The notes below the pieces were generated by a model. That model saw nothing but the letters and a program-made list of their open reading frames with translations, did not search any database and was not told the origin of the DNA. Shown here one piece after another: positions 1 to 11,233 of a stretch of DNA of 64,000 nt; the stretch's first letter is position 1; each line of letters begins with the position of its first letter. Both the position numbers and the translations under genes were made by a program. Origin of the DNA: Calcarisporiella thermophila CBS 279.70 (Eukaryota; Fungi; Calcarisporiellomycota); assembly GCF_041956535.1 (NCBI RefSeq), contig NW_027192200.1, positions 515,477-579,476 on the forward strand, read 5' to 3'.

Positions 1-175
1 AATTTCCTATACGGACGCTTTTAATGCTTTCTTTAGTAACCTTTAATGTTTGTGAGATTTTCTCCAGTCAGAAGATTCCCCTACCCATTATCCTACTGTA
101 ATTTTGTAATCATCATTGAGCTTGCTTTTCTAGTATTACAATTCTTTCTTATATATGAACCTCTTGGGTTTTGTA

Positions 176-646
176 TCAACTCATGTTTGCTTTTAATTTG
201 GATCTTATTTGTTCTTCTGTGAGTTGAGAGCCACCTATTCTTACCGTCTTTTCGCGGGACTTGTGGCCAGCTATGAGACTAATGTCGGTTTTTCTTGCCC
301 CAAGCACCTAATATGGAGATTAGTATATATGCAGAAGAGAGTTGTGATAACCTAAATACCTCAGCTAGAAACACTAAAACTTCCTTGTTCGCTTCACCAT
401 CTCTAGGTGGAGCAGCGATCTACCAACTTGCACCTATTAACCATTGCTTCTCTTTGCCAAATTACTTGAATTTCTTACTTGGATAGAGACAAGGTCGCCT
501 ATCTCAACTACCTGCGACGCACGAGCATTTGGCTTCACTTGGAGACGAATGTTTACACCTTCCTTTGTTGTTTGTATAGCATCTTGAATGGCTTCGCTCT
601 GACTTTGGCTTGGAATGAAGGAGGCGGTATTTGGCTTCTTGACCAT
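176..646 (-). CDS. DUF167/UPF0235 (YggU-like) family protein, 3 exons
   Basis: Exons 646-479, 419-360 and 307-176 joined by GT-AG introns give ...IRLQVKPNARASQV...[42 protein letters not shown]...; the VKPNA, APPxDGEAN and GxKSRxK motifs are typical of DUF167. Confidence 0.9.
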
Positions 647-856
647 TCTGGATTTATGGCGGTGGTGAAGAATTATAGAAAGTAGCTGATAGCGTATGAA
701 GAAATATTAGCTCAAAATTATGGGAGGAATTAAAAAATCGAATTTTACCTGCCTTCTCACCGGCCAAGTTCCATTTACAAACATATAGCAATTCAACTAG
801 TCCGCTTTCAATGATAAACCTCGATATAGCTCGAACTCTAGAGAGGATTTGATATG

Positions 857-866
857 ATGACGTCAT
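857..866. promoter_or_regulatory. Perfect CRE (ATF/CREB bZIP) palindrome ATGACGTCAT in the divergent DUF167/RPL41 promoter
   Basis: 10-bp palindrome containing TGACGTCA between two divergently transcribed genes; function is inferred. Confidence 0.45.
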
Positions 867-1026
867 AAGGATTTTGGGCTTTAAAAATGAATTCGCCCTT
901 GGCCCTACGTTCTGTTCCTCCTCAGTCTCTAGTGTCAATCCATCATCGGTATGTGTAGTTTTTGTTGAATGACAATCGTATCTGTTTATTCATCCATCCT
1001 GTATCATCTTATCCTTTGTATAGACA

Positions 1027-1170
1027 ATGAGAGCCAAGTGGAAGAAGAAGCGTCAAAGGCGTCTTAAGCGCAAGAGAAGAAAGATGCGCGCTCGTTCTAA
1101 GGTAAAGTTCTTTTTCAACGCTCCATACTTTTACGCCTAGGTCCTTACCCTTTGCTTTCCACTTTAGTAA
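1027..1170 (+). CDS. RPL41: Ribosomal protein eL41 (25 aa)
   Basis: 1027-1101 encodes MRAKWKKKRQRRLKRKRRKMRARSK, followed by intron 1102-1167 (GTAAAG...TTTAG) and stop TAA 1168-1170. Probable 5'UTR intron 949-1023 (GTATGT...TATAG). Too short for the ORF track. Confidence 0.97.
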
Positions 1171-1888
1171 ACGAGTAAATGACCGCGCCCAAGGATGATA
1201 CCGGCCGTCTCCTTATTCATTTCGAAGTGGTCATGCTTCATCCCCTTCACCATCTTGGAATCAGCGTCATGAAGAAGAACATGGCCGGAGTTTGACTTTT
1301 TGAACTCTAAGCTGGTGCAGGAATAATAAAAACTTGTTTTTGTATAATTTTCGAACAGTGCATCCCTATTGAAAGAATAAGCAACACCCCCCTTACCAAG
1401 GGTTCACATCTGAGCTAACCTTAAAAAAATACTCTCATTTTTTCACACAAAATAATCTAATCGTTTGGTAAGCATTGATTTCAAAAGGTAACGAGCGACT
1501 CAGATGGGGTGCCTTGTATTTATGAAGAAGGCACTCGCATAAACCACACACTTCCCAGTACGCTTGTTGGGAAAATAGGAGGAGGCTCTCAATTTTTCTT
1601 GAACTGCACGGACAGTTGCTAAATATTTTGTGACTCGAATCCTCGCACAAATTTCAATCTCTTTTTCCCTCATTTTTTCCTTTCTTCTCCTGTAGTTGGA
1701 CATTCTTCATTTTTCTTTTTTTTTCTTTCATCCCATTCTCTTTCTTTATTTTTACATAACATTTTAACTTATTTATATATTTTATCATTATTCCCATCTT
1801 TAAACACAGCCCTTTTTTCTCAGCCCTAATTGCGTTGATTGATCCTTTCATTATTTGCCCAATCTTTTTATTTCTTTTTTGTTAAACT

Positions 1889-3060
1889 ATGTCATCTACC
1901 CACCACACCAACGGTCACCACCATGGAAACAACCACCCTCGCCGCCAAGGTCACTACCAACAACCAATGAACGGCTCAGGTAACGAAAATCGCGGCCATC
2001 CTCACCATTCGCAAAATGGCCACCAATCCAACTACCAGAACACCTCACGCAACCGTCGCAGTCTGCAACCACGTCCTCCCATGCAATCATACCCTGAAAA
2101 TTATATCCCCCAAGACACTGCCGCTGCCACCCTGCGCCAAAATGCCGCAGCAAAACTTGCCCGTGCGGCGTGGAAACGCCATAGCATGACTGAGGCCCCT
2201 CAAGATTATCACTACATGCAGTACGCTAACCATCAGCAACGGGCAATGTTGAGCGTACCGCAGGCATTGACGGAGGACGATATGGCACAGCTGTCCTATC
2301 GGCTGAAGCGATTGTCGATGCCCACTCAGCCCCGATTGCCTTCGTACTACTACGAGCAGAGCGACATCAATGCTTGGGAGCAAAATCCCATCAAGGAAGA
2401 GAATTGTTTTGTGGAAGAAGACCCGGCCCGGTTCTACAATGGAGGAAACAGGAGCAAGCGCTCCTCCATCATCGAGCCCAACAGCCCAATCGCAGGAGTT
2501 GCCAATGGCGGTGTGGTTGCTTCGGCGACGACGACGGCTATCGAGGGTGAGACGACCATTTTGGACGTTTACGATTTCCCGGCCTCTTTCAAGACGCATC
2601 ATCTGCACGATATCTTCCGTGGTTACGAGAACATGCGTGGTGGCTATCGGATTAAGTGGTTGGAGGACACGCGGGCGTTGATTATTTTTGAACATCCAGC
2701 TACCGGTATGTTTCTCTTCTTCCTTGTCCCATTGACACGCCATTTTTGCTTACCATTCTTTTGTGCTCTTTTGATTTCTCAGCTAAGAAGGCTTATCTTG
2801 AAAATGTGAACAACCCGCTTGCCAAAGTGAAGCCCTATACCGGCAGCCTTGATATACTTCGTAGAAACAATGGTAATAAAACGCGCCCGCAAACAACGGA
2901 TGCTGTTGCGCGCCGTCTTGTTAATGGGGCGCTAGGCGTTAGAGGTCCGCGAAACCAGGCGAACCGGGACGCAGAGCGCCAGTCGGTGAACCCTCCCAGG
3001 GATAATAGCGATATGAAGTCGCAGCAAGGATCTGAGGAAGTGGGCGAGATCAAAGAATAG
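1889..3060 (+). CDS. R3HCC1-like protein with C-terminal RRM-like domain and His/Gln/Asn-rich N-terminus
   Basis: Intron 2706-2782. Motifs ILDVYDFP.SFKT..L...F, YRIKWLEDTRALIIF and RPQTTDAVARRLVNGALG match the conserved C-terminal region of R3HCC1/R3HCC1L. Confidence 0.75.
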
Positions 3061-3327
3061 TTTTATTCATTTGCCCTACTGTTGCTCCCCTAACTACAGA
3101 GGAACTTTAATGGCAATCTTGTTGACGCATCGTAATCTTTTATTTCTCCTCTCCCCCCCCCCCCTCCCCTTCTCTTCTATCCCATTTATCCACCCTTCTA
3201 TCCCCTTTTCTACATTTTAAAGATGTATTTTATCCCTTTTTTTTGTTTCCCGAAGAAAAAAAAGATGCTTGGACGATTTATGAGTTAGGAGTATAAACTA
3301 AATTTAAATTAATACATCACGTCTAAT

Positions 3328-3974
3328 CTACAGTTTATAATCTATACTTGGCTTGATTCCATACTCCTTTTCAAGGAATGCGAGAGAGCAGCGCGACACC
3401 TGCTGGAAGTTGACCTCGAATCCAGACATACCTCCGTAGTAAGGGTCTTGGATAATGCGCTTGCCTTGAGGATCATAGCTCCCGAACAGATGGACTAAGG
3501 GTGCGTGAGGCAAATTGTTGGGCCAGTTAGCACCGCCAATATTAGCATAAAATCGAATGCAGGTGAATCCCATACCTTTTGCCTTCGAGTTCTTTGGGCG
3601 CATATCCATCAGGTCACGGAGATTGGACTCGTCCATACAGAGGATGTAGTCGAATTTGTCAAAGTCCTGCTTGGACACCTATATCAAAGGGGAGCCGAAG
3701 CTATAACAGATACGAATCAAGCATTACGAAGATGAAGCCCGCTTACTTGTCTGGCTCTATGGTTAACTTTCACCCCGTGTTTTACGCAGGTTGCTACTGA
3801 TCTCTCGTCGGGAGTGGAGCCCACATGGTAACCAGCGGTCCCTGCACTGTCAATCTCGAACTGCTCCGCAAGGCCATTCGAGTTCACAATATGCGCAAAG
3901 ACGGCCTCGGCCATTGGAGAGCGGCAAATATTGCCGAGACAGACAAACAATACTGAAGATTTGATGATGGCCAT
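3328..3974 (-). CDS. LTP1: Low-molecular-weight protein tyrosine phosphatase
   Basis: P-loop [24 protein letters not shown] and DPYYG motifs; two short introns (about 3690-3747 and 3498-3575). Confidence 0.95.
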
Positions 3975-4286
3975 CGGTTATGATGTGCGGGAGTGCTGGA
4001 GGGGGTGATGGAGAGGAATGGAGTCAATCTGTGGGTTATATTACTTTGAAACGGTCCATTTGCAGTTAACAATTCAAATAAGCCATAGAGACTGTGGCAC
4101 AGTCACGACACGCATGGTAGTTCTATTGAGATTTTGTCCTGCGGGAACGGAAAGCATTTTTGCCACAAGACTGACCTGATAATCCAGATCAGGAGCTCAG
4201 AACCTTCCAGATCGGCTTTTTATTGCCTCCCACTTCACCGATACTACCATCTCCTTCCTTCATTTGCAATCTTTCTTGTCAATGGC

Positions 4287-7200
4287 ATGATGAACATGGC
4301 TTCTCGTGATGGAATTCGGAGAATGAACAGCCAGACATCTTTTCATCCGCTTGCTGATGACACCTATGATCGTCCCCCTACACGAACACCTCGCGGTCTC
4401 TTTGGTTCCTCTCCAACCCTTACTGCCACCACCACTGCTGCCACTACAAGTCCAGGTACTACTGCTACCTCCTTGACCAGCGCTGCTGCTAGCATTACGA
4501 CCACTTCGAAGAGCTCCCCTCCGACCCCTACAACCGATGCCAATAAAGGACAAGTTGAGATTTCACATGGTGCAATACGACAAGACTCTACTGCATTTGC
4601 AGCACTGGAGCTTCTGACCAAGAACAGCAATGAATACAATGCGATTCTTCAATTATTAGTCACAAAAAAGGTTTTTATCGTACTTTTTATCGTCGAATTT
4701 AATGACTCTTTTTTTTTCTAAAAGGTTCGATTTTAGGCCATATTAATGCTACCTGTTTCATACCATGGGGGAGTAGAACTCGATCGTTCATTTTTTGAGG
4801 ACCACGTGGTGATAACACAGCCAGGAAGAGATAAACTAAGACTTCTATCTCTGAGCGGAATTCAAGGAATTATTAAGAAGTGAGTTGAACTTATGCCTTG
4901 GTCCAAAAAGAAAAAATACGTGAGATAAGAGCTGACTTTTTGGCTTGTACTTTTATGCTTTTATAGGGATCAATTTATTGCGATAGGGCTTCTCCCGTCT
5001 GAACGAGAGCTGACGGAAAGACTTGCCCATTCAGACCTATCACGCAGGTATTTTCTCTAATAGGTTCTCAACTGAAAATAGTCTATTGAAAAAAGACTCT
5101 TCCTTCATATGATAGATCCATATTTGATACTTTTTGGCCCGCCACACCCAATGCAGAGGGGCCTAACATCACCATTCTAAACAGCCATGTTGATATACCC
5201 TGGCAACCGAGTAATTCAGGCGAGGCAGCCTCGCTCCATGTGGCGCTAATACAAAAGCCTATTTCCCGTAAGGCTATCTCAGAGTCTTTCAGGGCATTGC
5301 CTGGGTTGAGCTCTAGATCGAACGAGAGGGGCGAGGGCTCTCCCGTTCCTTCTGAAGATAGTCGGGGTGGAACAAGCGCAGGTGGAGCAAGTCCAAATGC
5401 TTCACCCATGCTCTTGGAAGAGGCGCAGAAATTTATTAATCACTTTCGAAAACGAACGCCGAAAACGGCAGAGGCCCAAAGCGAGCTTTTCCAAGAATTC
5501 GTAGAAGACTTACGGTTTCGGCTCGAGACATCTCAGTCGCAACTGCTGTCGCCGTCCGAGGGCAATGACGAGGAGAGAGATGAGAAAGAGATCGGGGAAA
5601 AGATGGAATGGGTGGAACGATACTTGGCCACCGAGCTCTACCCTATTCTCTTCTCTCCTCCCTCAAGCGAGGATGCAATACACGATGAGGCTCTGCAGTC
5701 GAAAATTGCAGCGCTTAACATCCTAGATTTGGGGCTTTCTCATTTGGGGGTACTGGTGGCCGATGGGGAAACTAGTCGGCTAGAGGATATGGTGAGGCGA
5801 GCTGGTGCTGAGCTTCAAAGAATGGATGGGTTCAAATCGCCGGGCGAAAAATTGAACGTGCTAGTGGAGTGTCATCGGGTGGTGGTGGAGACGCTGGACA
5901 AGCAGACCTTCCTGAATTTAGGAGCCGCGCAGTTATCCCCACAAGACTTGGAACCCCCGGGGCAAGATAGCCATGGAACACTCCAACTTTTCGATTTACC
6001 CACGGGCGATATTCAGGTAGAGAGTAATGAGGGCCCAACAGACAGCCCTGGGATCAGCGAGGAAAAGAAATATTCCGATACAGATAACCCGATAATACCT
6101 GCCGACGAAGAAGGCGATCACCAACCAAGTGAAAACCCCCCGGACCCCTCTTCCCTAGAGCAACCGCATTCAAACGCACAAGATGCGCACCACTCTCCCA
6201 CTGCACCAGCGCCACCCCCCCTCCCTCCTCGTCATCCTACCCACCTATCGAGCGCAGATGTACTTCTCCCTGTTCTGATCTATAGCGTGGTCAAGGCCAA
6301 TCCTCCACATTTTGTTTCCAACCTTCGTTTTATACAGCGCTTCCGAGCAAGAACCTTGCTTGCTGGTGAGGCCGCTTATTGCCTGACGAACATGATGGCG
6401 GTGGTCGCATTTCTCGAGACTACCAACCTATTAAACTTGGGGCTGTCGGGTGATAAAGTTGTTAGGTAAATATTCTACCCTTGCTGGAGAATCCAACGGT
6501 CACTTATTAGTACCAAAAAAAAATCGCTCTCCCTACTCGTAGCGAGCCAATCTATGGTTTCTCCTCAACTTCGGACACCAAACCCTCTGGCATCAATCTT
6601 CCTCAGCGAGTGGGTCAGGACCTTATCGGAGTGGCAGGCGGAGGCCTCAAGGTCATCACCGGTGGCATCACAGGAGTTGTCGATAGCTCGTATAAAGTGT
6701 TTGGACGATTTTTGGGGGGCAACTACACGGAAACGGTAGGCGCAGCCCCTCAGGAAGCAGCAGCCATGGTTGGCGGCGCCGTCAAAGAACTCAAAGAGCT
6801 AAGCACCGCGGGGGACACGGCCAGTACCACTTCGGTAGAGAGTGCGACGGGGAGAGGAAAGACCTACTTCCCCATTCCTTTCTCGGTGCCTGTCCCATTC
6901 CTTGAAACACTGCAACGCCAAGTAAGAATGCCGAGGCCTCCCCATTTTCCACCCCCTATTCATTTCATTGCTATATCTATTAATTATTCATAGTCGTCTG
7001 TGGCTGACAAACCTCCAGTGACTCCTACCACACAATTAAAACAAACAAGCTCCTCTATTCCAGCGACTGGTAAACATCCCCCGCCTCTAAAGCGATTTTT
7101 AGACTTGCCAAGTGCCGATGAGATGCGGATAAAGGACATTGGGGGTAGGTTTTGACTTTATTTCACTAGTAGCGCAGTGAAGCTAAGAGAAAGTACGATG

Positions 7201-7296
7201 GATGTAATTCTTTTTTTTTTATTTCAACATTGTTTAGAACTGCTGTCCGATTACAAACGACTGGCGAAAATAGTGCAGGAGAATGGGCTTTGTTAA
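4287..7296 (+). CDS. VPS9-domain Rab5 guanine nucleotide exchange factor (Muk1-like), multi-exon
   Basis: SADVLLPVLIYSVVKANP...SNLRFIQRFR...GEAAYCLTN is the VPS9 core; the spliced C-terminus reads PPLKRFL...DEMRIKDIGELLSDYKRLA. The start ATG is uncertain (4287, 4290 or 4296). Confidence 0.88.
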
Positions 7297-9117
7297 CGCT
7301 GCAGCCGTTGGCTGTTCCTTCACCCTCCATGAAAGTTTTGTTATTCTGAATAATAAAGTGATACACCACCAACACGAGGAATTGTTCCCATGTGTACATT
7401 ATCAACCAATGCGTTCACTTCACCCCAATCTACCTACGACCCATCTTTTGCAATAAAGACACTAAACGCTTGAACTGGCATAGCCTATCCAAAATATCCA
7501 CTGTGGCATAAAGCAAAACAAATAAAATCGAGACCAGGCATAGATCCGGTATAGAGATATACTGCCTAATCTTCAAAAGGTCCAGCCCAAGTTAATTAGT
7601 GGCGAGAATGGTAGGCAGCGATTAGAGCCACATTGAGCCATGAGCCGCCCCTCCAGAGTTTAATATAACCATTTAGCACTCTGGGTTTGAATTTTCTAGA
7701 TTTCAAGATCACATTGCAAAAGGAGGGTAGAGAAGAGATCTCTTCAAAGAGAAGAGGAGGAGGGGGAGACCCTATAGGCTGGATACCGCTCTACGCTTCT
7801 CCGAGATACCGAAGTAGTACTCTGTTGCATTAAAAACTCAAGGTGAATATAAAATCCTTCGCCCTCGAGACACTGGAGCAAGTCGAGAACAGAGCGCGAC
7901 GAGCGAGCGGATTCTCCCCACTTGCACATTATCTTGGCACTAGCCATCGAGTAACTAATGGATGGCACTAAAACGCACTCGTGCCTAAGCGAAATGCATC
8001 CGAAGCTCCGTTGAGATCCAAAACCTCTGCCATAGCTCGAGCAAAGAAGACTCGACTCAGCTTTATTACGGTCTCTCCTCTCCATCCAGGCCTGCCTACT
8101 GCGTCATGCCTTGCCTTGGGATACTTGTGTCGAGGGCAGATCCCCTCGCTGCTTGTGAGACACTGACCCACGCATAATTCTGAACCGGGCCACCCAATCG
8201 CCCAGAAACCATTTGCTAAGGTATGGGATCCGCTAGCAATTCTTGGAAGTCACACCAGTTTAAGATGTTCAAGTTTGGTCTCGCATAGCAATTTGAGAAT
8301 ATTGCATGGGGGGGGGGGGAGGAGAGAGAGAATGACAGCGCCTAACCAGAATAATCTATGATGGTCTCAGGTGTGGGGGGGATGTTTAATAGGCCATCTG
8401 ATCAAATGATGACGGCCTACGTAGAATAGAAATCTGCCCTGACTTTTATGGAGAACCGGATTCCAAATGAGGGATTTGGCCGGTAGCGTGGTTTTTTCAT
8501 ATGCCTGTTCGCGACTTCTCTCTGGGGCCGTTTCCATAGAGGCGAGGTTGTATGGAGATCACACGAAGAGTGAGTTTCTTTCCCGCCCACGCCTGTCTAT
8601 TCCGGAATTCAGCTCTCCGCCAGACACTGCGTTCCTTGAGAACAAGGTGTGAGGTATGAATAGAAACAGCTCTGCTTCGTACAATGCCTTTGGGATTAAC
8701 ATAGTGTTTGTGGGAGGCGGTCTGCAATTACTCTTACTTAATCCGAAATCGAATCATTGGTGTGTCACTTTGAATCTGTTTCTAACGTCGAAGAGCAATA
8801 ACTGCTCCCCCTCTCCCTTCCTCCTCATCCCCGGGTACTTTCATTTCTGGCCTACGCTCCACAAACCGTAATCATCCAAGATCGCTCAGGGGCAAATCTC
8901 ACATTGGTTTTGAGATCACGAAAAAAAAACATTCGGAGGAGGTCATGAAGCCGGCGTCCCAGGAAAGGAAGGTTGCAGATCGTATTTCGGAGAGTTACCA
9001 TTTCCCCCAGTCGAGGTCTCACCCAGGCGGAGAATGAAGAGCTTGTGAAGGGAGGCGTTTTTGATGTTGGACAGTGGATATGGCTCATTAGAGCCACACT
9101 GATCTCACCCGATCCCA

Positions 9118-9124
9118 TATATAA
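9118..9124 (+). promoter_or_regulatory. TATA box upstream of the Ecl1-family gene
   Basis: TATATAA about 90 bp upstream of ATG 9207. Confidence 0.5.
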
Positions 9125-9206
9125 GCGTTAGAGCGCGGGGCACGGGGAGGAGACAATGGACACCTGTCGCGATTTTTCGTAACCCACTTGAACCTTCACA
9201 ACAACT

Positions 9207-9734
9207 ATGGACGCGGAGGTATGCATTGTTTGCTATAACCTAGTTCCCCTCGAAAGAGCCTTGTAAGTGTAGACCTTGCCTGCCATGGGGTTTAGGGGTG
9301 TTCTCCCCTCTCCTCCCCCCCTCCCTTGTCGTACTGACACGAGGCTTCCTTTGGATGTTCTCCTTAGATATTGTTCCGAGCAATGTGTGCTCACTGCACA
9401 TCAGCGCAGGATATCTACTTCCGATGAGGCTTTGTTGACTCCTCCGCATTCTCCTGTCGAGCTCTCCTTGGACATGCTGTATTCATGCGCTTCCCTGCCA
9501 AGGCCACCCAGGAGATCTCTCGTTGATTCTTCGGCCCCATTCGAGGCTGCGCACCCGCCCCCCCATAGTCTGCGGTCGTCCGGCTCTGTCTGCTCGTCGT
9601 TTGGCTCGGCTCCGTCGCGAGAGTATGCGACCCCCCCGCCGTCCTTGGACTCCAGAAAAGCGAGCCGGAAGCCTATCGAGAGGGAGTCTTGCGCATGGGA
9701 TATGGTGGATAACCGAACGTTTGGCGCCATCTGA
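9207..9734 (+). CDS. ECL1: Ecl1-family (extender of chronological lifespan) zinc-binding protein
   Basis: Exons 9207-9262 and 9368-9734 (intron GTAAGT...TTAG) give MDAEVCIVCYNLVPLERALYCSEQC, the CxxC-x-LYCSxxC Ecl1 signature, followed by a Ser/Pro-rich tail. Confidence 0.8.
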
Positions 9735-11233
9735 AGTGCCTTCTCACTAGCTGTGTTTTTATTTTCATTTCTTGTGTATATATTATCTGTTGGGGATATT
9801 AATTGATTAATTCGTAATACCAGTGGCGCCCTTGTTTAATTTGCTATTGTTGATTCATTCATATCAGTCGATTATCCATTGCATGTATATTCACTCTCTT
9901 TATTATATTCTTTTCCTCTCTTGTCTCGCGTCTGTTCTACTATTCGCATAAGCAAACAAACAAGCCCATGTTTGCGGATGGCTGGATCAATACAGTAACG
10001 GATGTGTGACCGACCTTTTTATAGATGATTTGATTATTGCCCTAGCTGGCCACCCAGCGAGAAAAGCGGGGGAGGCGTGTGGACTCGATTTCCCCCCTCA
10101 AAGTTCATGCCAAGCAATCCTCTTGCCAACGCCGGGATGGCCAGGCTGATGCACCAAACCAGATTCCGGTGACAACTTCTGCCAGCCTAGGATTGCCGGG
10201 GCGGTCGGCCACTTTTCGGCCGCTCTCCTCAGGCTGGGGAAACCATCCAAAAAGAGTAGGCGAGACTGCATAATCCAAACCGCAAATAAGCAGCTCTGAA
10301 GCGTCACAAGATGGGCCGCCAAATCCATTCCGGGCACCGTTCAAAATGCGGAATGTAGGTTTCGGAATGCCGAATGTGAGAGGCGATGACTCTGGTGCAA
10401 GTAGAATTGTAATAAGTTTCATTCTAATACTACCAAGCTGAAACCATTATATACACACGGTGGAGTATGTATATAGAGGTTCTTCACAATAAACGGGCTT
10501 CTCCTCCTCCCCTCTCCACCCAAGGGGAGCCATGCAAAACATGAGGTCTAGGATGGGCCATCGCTTAGATGCGGCACCTCCCCGATGATGGGACGCACAC
10601 TTATCCTCCGCGGCTATCCCACAAGAGGGCGGCGGACGAGCATAGAACCAAAAGACCAAAATGAGTGGCCAAAATATCCACAATATCCACACCCCTCCGT
10701 CAATGCGTTTTATTGTATATTTGGAACGAAAACGAGTTGCTGCTTGAATTTGAGCAACGTCGCCATTGGCCAGGAGCTCCTCTGTTTTGCCAAAATTGAT
10801 TTTTGGCCTCGAATTTTTTTCATTTTAGTCGATATTGCTTATCCCACTTTGAGCGTCAAGGTCGCCCCTCTCCCCCCACTAACAGACTAGACGTTGGAGC
10901 TTGCGAAGCCGAAGATCGCTGAGGACGCCCGTAGACGCCGACGAAGCAGGAGCTGGAGAGCGCTGACAGGTAATCCATCAGATGGAACTTGGCCATTGCG
11001 CTTGCGCGGAGGGGCCAACCTAGTTGGTTGGGCCAGGATGACTTGTGTTTGAGATTTATTAGAGCTTATGGGAGCTCTGCCATCTCTAAACCCATTTTCG
11101 ATCATTCTTCCTCGCTGTTCCAAATCGCTCGATTCTTTGTACATAGATTGCCGCATTATTTATTCATCGTCTCTCTTTTTGCCCTAGAAAACATTGCAAC
11201 ATAAACAAAACAGAACCCATCTCTTCGAAGAAA

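Noticed and set aside
7744-8727. Short ORFs between the VPS9 gene and ECL1
   Set aside because: No domain, no consistent splice pattern and no transposase or RT motifs; treated as intergenic.
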